A stretch of 64,000 bases of DNA from positions 6,262,001 through 6,326,000 of the forward strand of contig NC_043023.1 of NCBI RefSeq assembly GCF_006345805.1. Reading direction: 5' to 3'. Made by a program: the position numbers and the translations under genes. The notes below the pieces were generated by a model. That model was given only the letters and a program-made list of their open reading frames with translations, made no database searches and was not told the DNA's origin. Source of the DNA: Octopus sinensis (lineage: Eukaryota). Of this stretch, positions 24,581 through 36,286 are shown piece after piece (the first letter of the stretch is position 1; every line of letters begins with the position of its first letter).

Positions 24581-24978
24581 AGGCGCAGGAGTGGCTGTGT
24601 GGTAAGTAGCTTGCTAACCAACCACATGGTTCAGGGTTCAGTCCCACTGCGTGGCATCTTGGGCAAGTGTCTTCTACTATAGCCCCAGGCCGACCAATGC
24701 CTTGTGAGTGGATTTGGTAGACGGAAACTGAAAGAAGCCCGTCGTATATATGTATGTATATATATATATGTGTGTGTGTATATGTGTTTGTGTGTCCCCC
24801 TACCATTGCTTGACAACCGATGCTGGTGTGTTTACGTCCCCGTCACCTAGCGGTTCGGCAAAAGAGACCGATAGAATAAGTACTGGGCTTACAAAGAATA
24901 AGTCCCGGGGTCGATTTGCTCGACTAAAGGCTGTGCTCCAGCATGGCCGCAGTCAAATGACTGAAACAACTAAAAGAG
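24581..24978 (+). mobile_element. SINE family A
   Basis: Full-length copy. Confidence 0.88.
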
Positions 24979-25537
24979 TATATATATATATATATATATA
25001 TATGAAATTGAATAAGGGTAGAAATTGATATTAATCAATTAAAACCAGTGGCCTATCATATTAAAAAAATCCGAAGATGAAAATATTTTTTACAAACAAA
25101 ATTTAAAGGACTGACCACTAAAAGTGGACGGTCAATATGCCAGATATAGACGTCAAAATCTCTATTTTCCACGAAGAATGTGTTCTCAAGAAAATATATA
25201 TATATGTATTATACAAATACATACATATACATGTATGTTTCAGCTAAGCTGATTTTACACTACTCTGTGCTTTCATTAATTAAGACGGCGGGAACTAATT
25301 TAAGAGAGGTGTTTAGCTGCTGTTTCTAGCACGCAGCGACGCCACATAAGGACCCATGTTATGTGACGCTGTCCTCGTTTGACACTTCACATCGCCTCGT
25401 CTCGATTTTGTCATCCTGCACAACCACAATAACCTAAAATAACAACTGTAACAGACAGATGAAGGTCTTATAAATTATCAGTACTGTCAAGGAGTGAAAA
25501 TCAAAAAGATAAAGGGTCGAGAAAGGGTCATATTTAC

Positions 25538-25574
25538 CGTTGCTGTTGACACGGCCGTTCCTCCAGTCAGCCAT
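25538..25574 (-). CDS. BET1L: BET1-like (GS15) SNARE, coding exon 1 (MADWRNGRVNSN+G, phase 1)
   Basis: Minus strand reads ATG GCT GAC TGG AGG AAC GGC CGT GTC AAC AGC AAC G|gtaaa. The MADW start matches the BET1L family N-terminus. 37 nt plus exon 2 (80 nt) restores frame. Confidence 0.85.
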
Positions 25575-25665
25575 ATTCGTTATGCTGGCCACGCAACTGT
25601 TCTGCTGTAACATTAGAATTATCTCCCCTTTTTGGAGTTGAATTTTTTTATTTATTTCGTTTTTG

Positions 25666-25890
25666 GGATCTTTTCCTTTTGAACGGCACTTTGTAACAAT
25701 TCTAGGTAACTAAAAAGTTTTAAACTTCGTAGGAGTGGCTGTGTGGTAAGTAGCTTGTTTACCAACCACATGGTTCCGGGTTCAGTCCCACTGCATGGCA
25801 CCTTGGGCAAGTGTCTTCTAGTACAGCCTTGGGCCGACCAAAGCCTTGTGAATGGATTTGGTAGACGGAAACTGAAATAAGCCCGTCGTA

Positions 25891-25948
<58 letters not shown>

Positions 25949-26755
25949 GTGTGTGTGTGTGTGTGTGTGTTTGTGTGTCTGTGTTTGTCCCTCTAGCATT
26001 GCTTGACAACCGATGCTGATGTGTTTATGTCCCCGTTACTTAGCGGTTCGGCAAATAACATCGATAGAATAAATACTGGGCTTACAAAAGAATAAGTCCC
26101 GGGGTCGAGTTGCTCGACTAAAGGCGGTGCTCCAGCATGGCCGCAGTCAAATGACTGAAACAAGTAAAAGAGTATACTGGTAGAATGTGTTTATAAAACA
26201 ACATTTTCTCTTGGCTTTATTGAGAAAATTCTATAGTTTGTAAGATATTTCGTCTGAAATTTCGAGCATTTCGGCAATTTTAACCAGTCGATTACCTCCA
26301 TTCATCTAAAATCATTTGCTGCGTCTAAAACTGAGACAACATCCTGTCACTAACCCTAAACCTCACCCTAACCCTAACCCTAAATTTTTTTTTCTTAATT
26401 GTTAAATTAATTTAATTTATTTTCCATTGCTTTCGTTTTTTTACACGCGTAACAATTAAATTAATTTAACAATTAAGAAAAAAGAATTTAGGGTTTAGGG
26501 TTAGGGTGAAGTTTAGGGTTAGTGAGAGGATGTTGTCTCAGTTTTAGACGCAGCAAATGATTTTAGCTCAATTAGAGGTGATTCACTGGTTAAAATTCGA
26601 AAAATTAAACTGTTAAACAAACGAATTACAATTTTCTCAAGAAAGCCAAGAGAAAAAAAGTTTTATTTTGACACATTCTACCAGTATACGAAGTTTAAAA
26701 GTGTTTAGTTAACTAGAAATTGTGTTGAAAACTGCCGTTCAAAAGGAAAAGATCC
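25666..26755. mobile_element. Palindromic MITE with GG...CC termini and 8-bp TSD CGTTTTTG (Merlin-type), containing a nested SINE A at ~25728-26172
   Basis: TIR ggatcttttccttttgaacggca / tgccgttcaaaaggaaaagatcc. Exact TSD at 25658-25665 and 26756-26763. Inner arms contain (CCCTAA)n/(TTAGGG)n-like repeats. Confidence 0.9.
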
Positions 26756-27209
26756 CGTTTTTGGTTTGCAAGATTCTTTATTTGAGTTCGTGTGTTGAAG
26801 CATATTCTGTTGGGTCTGGGGAGAATCATTTTCTCTTTGTGCCTTATAATGTAACACACTCACCGGTAAAATTTCCCCTTTTTCTTATTTTTATTTTCCT
26901 AAAATTTTCGTTGCGTCTTGCGACCTTTTCAATAGTCCTCTGCTAATAGGATTTGTATGAATGGGAAAAAAATTTTGAATCCGGAAACCTTTCGATAATC
27001 GTCCACGAAAAATGAAATAATAGTTTGGTTCTTTTTTTTCACCTGAAGCGCTTATTTTTATGCATCTTTTGGGTATGTATGTCATTATTCAGTTTTATTT
27101 GAAGATTTCTTGCTGATAGAGAAGGAGCAGATTTCTAATCTACATCCAAAGTTCCTTCATTGGAATTTCAACATCAACAACAGGGTATTTTTGTTTGTAT
27201 GTATGTATA

Positions 27210-27625
27210 GGCACAGGAGTGGCTCTGTGGTAAGTAGCTTGTTTACCAACCACATGGTTCCGGGTTCAGTCCCACTGCATAGCACCTTGGGCAAGTGTCT
27301 TCTACTATAGCCTTGGGCCGACCAAAGCCTTGTGAGTGATTTGGTAGACGGAAACTGAAAGAAGCCCGTCATATATATGTATATATATATATATGTGTGT
27401 GTGTGTATGTGTTTGTGTCTGTGTTTGTCCCCCTAGCATTGCTTGACAACCGATGCTGGTGTGTTTATGTCCCCGTTACTTAGCGGTTCGGCAAGAGACA
27501 TCGATAGAATAAGTACTGGGCTTACAAGAATAAGTCCCGGGGTCGATTTGCTCGACTAAAGGCGGTGCTCCAGCATGGCCGCAGTCAAATGACTGAAACA
27601 AGTAAAAGAGTAAAGAGTAAAAGAG
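27210..27625 (+). mobile_element. SINE family A
   Basis: Full-length copy. Confidence 0.88.
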
Positions 27626-27633
27626 TATGTGCA

Positions 27634-27874
27634 GGTACTACTTTAGAAGAGTGGTCCCGGTGTGCACACTCGCGTAGTCACGCATCCGCGCTTGCTAGTG
27701 GTGACTAGTCGATCCTTACTTTGTGTTTTTGTATTTTATTTACTTTGTTAAAAAAAATATTTATTTTGTGTTTTATTTACTTTGCTAGGTAGTCGTTGTA
27801 GGATCGACTAGTCATGACTAGCTTGGGCGACTATGCGAGTGTGCACACCGGGACCACTCTTCTTAAGTAGTACC
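27634..27874. mobile_element. MITE with GG...CC termini and 8-bp TSD TATGTGCA (Merlin-type)
   Basis: TIR ggtactactttagaagagtggtcccggtgtgcacactcgc. TSD at 27626-27633 and 27875-27882. Confidence 0.9.
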
Positions 27875-27914
27875 TATGTGCAGATTTGTATGTTTTGTTT
27901 TGTGTATTTATTCT

Positions 27915-28340
27915 TAAGCATATAGTTGCATATCTAGATATGCTCTTCCAGGGATGGATTGGATCTGTAGTCTTCGAATTAGCTTTCTCCTTTCTGGTTT
28001 TGAGAGGCCTAATTTCTCAAGACTGGTATTTAGGCAGTGTGTTACATATCTCAGGGTCCCAATAATTACAGGTCTAAACTCGAACTTGTAATCTGGATAG
28101 AGTAAACTGCAGATTTCTCAATACTTCAGCACAGATATTCTCTTTTTCACTGATCTTCAGCTTTATGTTAACATCTGCTGAGCAACTAATTTCTACAACT
28201 GTGCACAGTTTCTCTTCTCAGTCCCAAATCATTATATCAGGCCTGTTGTGCTTACATTTTATTGAAGTCTTCACTGGTACATTCCACCAGTACTCCTTTT
28301 CATTATGAGTGGCTATGGCTTCTACCATACTGTGGGTTCT
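27915..28340 (-). pseudogene. Restriction-like endonuclease (RLE) domain fragment of an R2/R4/NeSL-type non-LTR retrotransposon
   Basis: YWWNVPV...HNRPDIMIWD*EEKLCTVVEIS...KEN, then (frameshifted) LRYVTHCLNTSLEKLG...LQIQS. PD-(D/E)xK-like RLE layout. Confidence 0.7.
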
Positions 28341-28371
28341 TATGTATGTATGTATGTATGTATGTATGTAT

Positions 28372-28620
28372 GGGCATGTGGAAGAGAGTGTAATTCGGCA
28401 GGAGGACTTAAACAACATGCAAAGGTACATGAAACCCAGTTACAACTACAGCCGGCTTTTTACTGGTAAAGGTTTTAGTTGCCAATTTTGTACAAAACAT
28501 TGTAGATCTTTAGCTGGGCTCAAAAGTCACATTCGATCACAGCACCAGTAACAGTGAAGCTTCGTGCAATGGCCATACTCGATAACAAGGTGGCAGCCAT
28601 AATGTATGTATGTATGTATG
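28372..28620 (+). pseudogene. LINE (RTE-like) 3' end with C-terminal C2H2 finger and (ATGT)n tail
   Basis: FSCQFCTKHCRSLAGLKSHIRSQH* followed by a short UTR and atgt repeats. Confidence 0.6.
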
Positions 28621-28824
28621 CATTCTTTTACTTGTTTCAGTAATTTTGACGGTGGCCATGTTGGAGCACCACCTGAAAGGATTTTAGACGAAGAAATCAA
28701 CCCCAGGACTTATTCTTTGGAAGCCCAGTACTTATTCTATCGGTATCTTTTGCCAAACCGCTAAGTAACGGGGACGTAAACACACCAGCATTGGTTGTCA
28801 AGCAATGGCAAGTGGACAAACTCA

Positions 28825-28996
28825 GATAAATACACATAAATATATATACATATATATGCATATATGTATATATATACATACATACATACATATACATATA
28901 TATATATATATTTACCATATATATATATATACATATATACATATATATATATTTACCATATATATATATATATATACATATATACATATATATTTA

Positions 28997-29058
<62 letters not shown>

Positions 29059-29072
29059 TCACACATATATAT
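28825..29072. repeat. (TA)n-rich microsatellite with repeated tttaccata interruptions
   Basis: Direct inspection. Confidence 0.9.
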
Positions 29073-29840
29073 AATGTTCAGCAAATTTAGATTCAGATGA
29101 ATATGGTACTAAAGTTGAAGGCACCAGAATTTGGTATGGTATTATCCATATAAATCAAATGGGGTGATTATAATCAAAAGAAGCAACAAGGATATCCAAA
29201 GGTAGTGTAGTACAATCGTTTCATGCTACTTCATTTTATTAAACAATGTAAGTATTACGTCAGTTTTAAAATGTCGAGCAATCTTCAGCCACATATAGAA
29301 TTTTTTTAATTAAATGGACAATGTACATTTTTATACTTATCTCATTTGCCAACATTACAAAGAGGGTAGATATATAGACAGAGAGGTTAATTTTATCATT
29401 AAGAACATGGGAGTAGAAGATCCTTCTCCATCTGTAGATTTTTTATCACTGTGTTCACTTTGTTATTTAGATTTATCAATGAGGAGGGGGCTTCTTTATT
29501 TGGTTCAATGGAGACAAACAAGAATTTTTTTCTATTTATAGATAGAGAAAGGGGTAGTACAAATGTCAAAGCCATAAATCCACCCTCATGTATTTTAGCT
29601 AAAGTTAGTAGGCTGAAGCTAGTGGAGTAGGGAGAATAGAGGCTACCAATGCTGTAGGGATTTCTAATGTTCTTTACCATTTAACAGCCATAATTCTGTT
29701 TGCGAATTTTAAATAAATATCCTTCAGATAGTTTTTTTTTCCAAAGGATTCTAATCAATTTTAGTATCTTATATAGAAATCATTATAGAAATATAGAAAT
29801 ATAGAAATCATTTTACATTTCTATAAATATATATATATAT

Positions 29841-29945
29841 CGTAAGGTGTACTAGCCATCTGAATGTGGCTAGCCACTGGGGGTGGGGTGTTACTGATGC
29901 TTTCCCCAGTGGCTAGCCACATTCAGATGGCTAGTACACCTTACG
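29841..29945. mobile_element. 105-bp hairpin element with ~41-bp perfect TIRs
   Basis: cgtaaggtgtactagccatctgaatgtggctagccactggg and its exact reverse complement. No TSD found. Confidence 0.75.
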
Positions 29946-30232
29946 TTGTCGAGCGGTTACTGTTTATATCTCGTTCAGAGATTTATTAATGCTTGTATAT
30001 ATCAGATTATTATTAATATAGATTCATAGTTAGTTAGTAAATAGTGATTTATTTTATTAATGAGTTAAATTAAAAAATATGCTAGACAATATTTAACTGT
30101 AAAAAAAAAAACCCCTTATCAATTAGCACATATATCAAGAGCCTATAAGATATTTTAAAGTGTAATGGAAGGGAGGTAATCAAGATGAACTTAATTTCAC
30201 TAGATTTACGGAATTTACGCAATCCTATATAG

Positions 30233-30433
30233 CAGTGCTTTTCAATCTTTTTGCTGGAGCGGAACCCCAAGGAAACATTCCACTGGCTCGAGGAACCCCT
30301 GTGCAATAATTTAATAGCCTTATGCACGCATATCTGCACAGGAGAATTAAAAATTACTGCCGATTTTAGCAGTTTTGTAACTTCTTGGGGAACCCGTGGA
30401 CTGTACTGGCGGAAGCCTGGTTGAAAACCTTTG
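30233..30433. mobile_element. hAT (Charlie-like) MITE with 8-bp TSD CTATATAG
   Basis: Termini cagtgcttttcaa / ttgaaaacctttg. TSD at 30225-30232 and 30434-30441. Confidence 0.85.
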
Positions 30434-30557
30434 CTATATAGGAAAGTATCAAAGGATTTTAATTTCACTTCATTCAAATTTATTTATATTATAAAATTTC
30501 ATATTAATCTATACAGGTTAAATAAAAAGCTAGTATGGTATATTATTTCCTTATTTT

Positions 30558-30922
30558 CTCGTTTACTCGTTTGTCATTTGACTGCGGCCATGCTGGAGAA
30601 CCGCCTTTAATCAAGCAAATCGACCCCGGGACTTATTCTTTGTAAGCCCAGTACTTATTCTATCGATCTCTTTTTGCCGAACCGCTAAGTGACGGGGACA
30701 TAAACACACCAGCATCGGTTGTTAAGCAATGCTAGGAGGACAAACGCAGACACACATACATACATATATACGACGGGCTTCTTTCAGTTTCCGTCTACCA
30801 ACTCCACTCACAAGGCATTGGTCGGCCCGGTGCTATAGCAGAAGACACTTGCCCAAGGTGCCACGCAGTGGGACTGAACCCGGAACCATGTGGTTGGTAG
30901 ACAAGCTACTTACCACACAGCC
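30558..30922 (-). mobile_element. SINE family A
   Basis: Reverse copy. Confidence 0.85.
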
Positions 30923-30974
30923 ACTCCTGCGCCTATTTGGTTACAAAATATTAAGATTTGAAAATTTAGGAATG

Positions 30975-31130
30975 GTCAGAAGTTTAAGTGTTTAGCTAAC
31001 TAGAAATTGTGTTGACCTGTGCCGTTCAAAAGGAAAAGATCCACACATTCTACCAGTATATGAAGTTTAAAAGTGTTTAGTTACAAAGAAATTATTTTAA
31101 AAATCTGCCGGTCAAAGTGAAAAGATCCAA
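30975..31130. repeat. Two tandem right-arm fragments of the GGATCTTTTC MITE family
   Basis: ...gccgttcaaaaggaaaagatcc and ...gccggtcaaagtgaaaagatcc. Another arm ends at ~35186. Confidence 0.75.
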
Positions 31131-31445
31131 ATTTTAAACTTTTTTTTTTGTATATTCGTAATCTCCTACATTCAAAACCTAGGAATCTGAAGATTTAAAA
31201 AAAAAAATGCATTTTTGAAGGCAAGGTGCGAAACTGCGTTAATCACTTTCTGCCTTTATGTCTCTGCTTGTACTCAATGCTTGATGACCGGTGCTCATGG
31301 GTTTATGTCCCCCGTAATCTAACGGTTCTGCAAAACGAATCGGGGAGGATAAGTAATACGTTTAAGAAGAAAATAAGTTCTGGGGGGTCAATTCTTTCTA
31401 CTAAAATTCTTCAAAGTGGTGACTGAAGCAAGTGAAAAAAACCCA

Positions 31446-31520
<75 letters not shown>

Positions 31521-31676
31521 TAAGTAGCTTGCTAACCAACCACATGGTTCGGGGTTCAGTCCCACTGCGTGGCACCTTGGGCAAGTGTCTTCTACTATAG
31601 CCACGGGCCGACCAATGCCTTGTGAGTGGATTTGGTAGACGGAAACTGAAAGAAGCCTGTTGTATACATGTGTGTA

Positions 31677-31715
<39 letters not shown>

Positions 31716-31927
31716 ATGTGTGTTTGTCCCCCTAGTATTGCTTGACAACCGATGCTGGTGTGTTTACGTCCCCATCACTTAGTGGTTCGGCAAAAAAGAC
31801 CGATAGAATACGTACTGGGCTTACAAAGAATAAGTCCCGGGGTCGATTTGCTCGACTAAAGGCGGTGCTCCAGCATGACCGCAGTCAAATGGCTGAAACA
31901 AGTAAAAGAGTAAAGATATACATACAT

Positions 31928-31968
<41 letters not shown>

Positions 31969-32555
31969 CATACACACACACACACATACATACATTTAAA
32001 GGGCAGACAACCGATAGATAACTTCTCTTCCTTGCACAGAAGAGCCAAGAGATTCTCTGAACGAAGTAGCGGGAAAGAAGTATGGAATGGCTATTTTACG
32101 TTTTACTTATTCACCACTTTTAAGTATACTGTACGCTTTTTTCTCCCTTTGAGTTCATAACCCTAACCTAAAATTGAGTCGAATTTAAAATATGTTTCTT
32201 TTAAAATTTCATTAGATTCTACGGAAAATGCCGACGACCCCGAATGTCGGTTGTAGAAGTTTCGAGAAGAAAAGTTTAAAAGTTTTTTTTTATTATTATA
32301 CCTCGTTCAGAGATTTATTATTTATTATTATCGTTATTATTTAATGCTATCGGCTATCTCCCGGTTTGGGGTCCTTGAACTGATTAATTTTTAATCTCCG
32401 ATAAAAGCCTTTCCGGCCGTGACCGTTTCGTTTTTCTGTTGTTTTTTTTTTTAATATCTATCTTTCTTTACCCTTTTTGCACACCAGGACCAGTATTCGC
32501 TAGTCCTACCTTTTATTTAATTATTTCCTGTGTGAATTTGTGGTGTTTTAATGTT

Positions 32556-32684
32556 TGGGATTTTGGCTGGTATTTCTAGCGCTCTAAGCGACCACGTCTT
32601 GTGTCTTGTCCCTTGTTAAGCTGGCAACGTCTTAGCAACCATGTGCTTCCGGTTTCGATCTCATGAGACGGCAGCTTGTGAAAT
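32556..32684. repeat. 129-bp segment duplicated at 33561-33689; CpG-containing with an ETS-like CTTCCGG site, candidate NAPE-PLD promoter or 5' exon
   Basis: The duplication is directly visible. The promoter role is inference from CpG content, the ETS motif and position upstream of NAPE-PLD. Confidence 0.55.
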
Positions 32685-33053
32685 CCTATTCTAACCACAG
32701 CTTCGGGTCGACTTGTTGACTTGTGAGCAGATTTTTGGGTCGACCTATTGACTGTGAGCAGATTTTCCTTGGTCGAGCAGCCAGACAAGACCCATATACG
32801 TTCCAGCTGTGACCAACACACCTGTTTTGTACATTGGGCACTGGTTTTCCACTCTGTACGTGTTGTGTGACCTCAGGTCAGTATAATAGTCATTATTTGG
32901 ACCTATGTTGCTGTTGCTTGGCCAGTCACGAACCTGTAGACCCATGGTCAAAGACGTCCCAGCTCTGACAATGTATCTATTACGTATATATTTAATATTA
33001 GTGGTTATAATCGTTCTTTAGCCCATGGCCAGCCATGATTCAGCCCAGCTATT

Positions 33054-33782
33054 GGTACTACTAGCGAACAGTGGTCCCGGCGACGCACGCGCGTACTCGT
33101 GCTAGCAAGTCACGACTAGTCGATCATTACTTTGTGTATTATTTACTTTGTTTAACAAAAAATTATTTATTTATTTTAACATCTGCTTTCCACCCTGGTA
33201 TGGTTTAGCCGGTATGACTAATGCTCAGCGGTATTTCGTCTGTCGCTACGTTCTGAGTTCAAATTCCGCCGAGGTCGACTTTGCCTTTCATCCTTTCGGG
33301 GTCGATAAATTAAGTACAAGTTACGCACTGGGGTCGATATAATCGACTTAATCCCTTTGTCTGTCCTAGTTTGTCCCCTCTGTGTTTAGCCCCTTGTGGG
33401 TAGTAAAGAAATAGGCTTGACTGGAACTGGTAAGCTGCACCAGGCCCAGTCTGATCTGGCAGTGTTTCTACAGCTGGATGCGCTTCCTAATGCCAACCAC
33501 TCCGAGAGTGTAGTGGGTGTTTTTTACATGCCGCCAGCACAAGTGCCATTCACATAGTGCTGGGATTTTGGCTGGTATTTCTAGCGCACTAAGCGACTAC
33601 GTCTTGTGTCTTGTCCCTTGTTAAGCTGGCAACGTCTTGGTAACCATGTGCTTCCGGTTTCGATCTCATGAGACGGCAGCTTGTGAAATTTATTCACTTT
33701 GCTAGGTAGTCGTAGGATCGACTAGTCACGACTAGCTAGCGCGGATGCGCGACAACCGGGACCACTGTTCGCTAGTAGTACC
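33054..33782. mobile_element. MITE of the GGTACTAC family with 8-bp TSD CAGCTATT, carrying nested SINE B, an RTE-UTR piece and a captured 129-bp local duplicate
   Basis: TIR ggtactactagcgaacagtggtcccgg. TSD at 33046-33053 and 33783-33790. Confidence 0.88.
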
Positions 33783-34312
33783 CAGCTATTTTCAAAGATG
33801 TTCCTGCTTTGACTATTTCGTCTTTTATTCAGACTTAGTGTATCTGGGACTACACTGTAATGTAGAGCAAAGGTTCTTAAGCATTTTTTCTTTGCCTCTG
33901 GACCCCTTTGGTTCTTGTTTTTCACTCCGTGTCCCCTCATATTAAAAAAAACTCTTCTTATATTTTATTATTAAATATTAGGAATTGTATTTTTTAAAAA
34001 TGGTTAAAAGGTATATCAACTTAAGAAACATTTCTTCGAAACTCTTTCTATTCCGCCGAATCCCCAATGGCCAGAGCGCCATCCCCCGCGGTTACCTCAT
34101 CAAAACCGCCAATTTCCTCGGGGTTTTGTTGCAGCCAAACTTCATATATTTAAGTGTATTTAGTTTTGTTCCTTTACTTTTTATTTTTATGCATGTAAAC
34201 TGAACAATTTACCTTAGACGTATAACCATTTTATTGCAGAATAAATCTTAATTACTAAATCTTATATGGACTCCACCACGGGTCGCGTGGACACCGGCTG
34301 AAAACCACTTTA

Positions 34313-34684
34313 TCTCTCTATATATAAACGGCAGTTTGTCTGTGTGTGTTTCCGTGTGTCTGTCAGGTTGTACCCTCACCCTGACCACGGCTTTCAACCG
34401 ATTCTGATGAAACTTGACACACACATAGCCCAATGTCATAATTCAAAACTAACGCAGCGAAAATTTTGAAAAGTTCCCCCAGTTCTGAAAAAAATTGATA
34501 AATCCGACATGGGGTCGAGAATCAGAAACACAAACCACAGACTGTCATGGGGACGCAACTCGACCTTTTTAACTCTCAAAAAAAATTTACCATAATTTTT
34601 TTCTATTTTTTGGCTATAACTCTTTAAAAATGCTTTATAGTTATTTCCCTTACAAACCCGAGCAACGCCGGGCGATACTGCTAC
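34313..34684 (+). mobile_element. Non-autonomous Helitron
   Basis: TCTCTCTATATATAAA start; cccgagcaacgccggg hairpin; CTAC end (CTAG variant). Confidence 0.8.
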
Positions 34685-35635
34685 TTGTTAATATTAGTGG
34701 CTGTAGCTGTTGTTTTTTTTTAGCCCCAGGTTCAGGGCTCTATTAAGACCCATAAAAGCTCTAAGCACTTAAAAGGTTTTGCTGCCTTTCAAAATGAAAC
34801 AAAATTTGCAGAAAGATGGAAAATAATGGTTATATTGGCCTGGAAATTTACCCTTATTTTTGTATGCTTCTATTTTATTTATACTCTTTACTCTTTTACT
34901 TGTTTCAGTCATTTGACTGTGGCCATGCTGGAGCACCGCCTTTAGTTATTTATATGTACATATTCATACAGCACGGAATGTTGTTTACCTAAACGGACTC
35001 CAGCGATTGGTTAAAATTGCCGAAATGCTCGAAATTAAAGACGAAATATCTTACAACCTATAGAATTTTCTCAAAGCCAAGAAAAAATGATGTTTTATAA
35101 ACACATTCTACCAGTATACGAAGTTTAAAAGTGTTTAGTTAACTAGAAATTGTGTTGAAAACTGCAGTTCAAAAGGAAAAGATCCATATATACGACAGGC
35201 TTCTTTCAGTTTCCATCTACCAAATCCACTCACAAGGCTTTGGTCGGCTCGAGGCTATAGTAGAAGACCCTTGCCCAAGGTGCCATGCAGTGGGATTGAA
35301 CCCAGAACCATGTGGTTCGTAAGCAAGCTACTTACCACACAGCCACTCCCAAGCCTATATATGTATATATATACTTGTCAAGCCAATGTTGTGTGGCTGG
35401 CACCCATGCCAGCCTTATGTAAATGGCACCTGTGCCAGCGGCATGTGGAAAGCATCCACTACACTCAGTGGTTGGCATTAGGAAGGGCATTCAGCCGTAG
35501 AAACCATTGCCAAATCAGACTGGAACCTGGTGCAGCTCTCTGGCTTACCGTTTCCAGTTAAACCGTCTAACCCATGCCAGGATGGAAAGCAGATGTTAAA
35601 TGATGATGATGATCTAGAGTTGATTAGTTAACAAT

Positions 35636-36003
35636 AGGCGCAGGAGTGGCTGTGTGGTAAGTAGCTTGCTAACCAACCACATGGTTTTGGGTTCAGTCCC
35701 ACTGCATGGCACCTTGGGCAAGTGTCTTCTACTATAGCCTTGGGCTGACCAATGCCTTGTGAGTGGATTTGGTAGACGGAAACTGAAAGAAGCCTGTCGT
35801 ATATATATATATATATATATGTTTGTGTGTCTGTGTTTGTCCCCCCTAGTATTGCTTGACAACCGATGCTGGTGTGTTTATGTCCCCGTCACTAGCGGTT
35901 CGGCAAAAGAGACCGATAGAATAAGTCCCGGGGTCGATTTGCTCGACTAATGGCGGTGCTCCAGCATGGCCGCAGTCAAATGACTGAAACAAGTAAAAGA
36001 GAG
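35636..36003 (+). mobile_element. SINE family A directly upstream of the NAPE-PLD exon acceptor
   Basis: Consensus match with an internal deletion. Confidence 0.85.
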
Positions 36004-36133
36004 TAATCCGAGGACCTCTGTATGTTTGTATGAAATAAAACCATGTCTGTTTCTGTTTTTTTGTAGATTCATCTTTAAGTCTAAACTACTTCCCGTTGCA
36101 AACTGTCTGGCATTTGAAGACGACGGCGATACA

Positions 36134-36286
36134 ATGGCTGCAAGTTCCACAGACAAACTTTTTAAGCCGGTGTACAAGAATGGCGTTTATGATAACCCTT
36201 TTCCGACATGGAGAAACATCAGTTTCTGGAATGTGATCAAGTGGCTTGTGACGACCAAGGATAATAGCAATGTACCCAGCAAAGCG
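36134..36286 (+). CDS. NAPEPLD: NAPE-PLD first identified coding exon (MAASSTDK...NPFPTW...VPSKA)
   Basis: The G.Y.NPFPTW motif is typical of NAPE-PLD N-termini; donor GCG|gtaaag, phase 0. Exon acceptor at 36066, and the frame is open upstream of the Met, so the true start may lie further 5'. Confidence 0.85.

Noticed and set aside
26345-26525. CCCTAA/TTAGGG repeats as an interstitial telomere or fusion site
   Set aside because: Only a few degenerate units, symmetrically placed within the arms of a MITE bounded by an 8-bp TSD.
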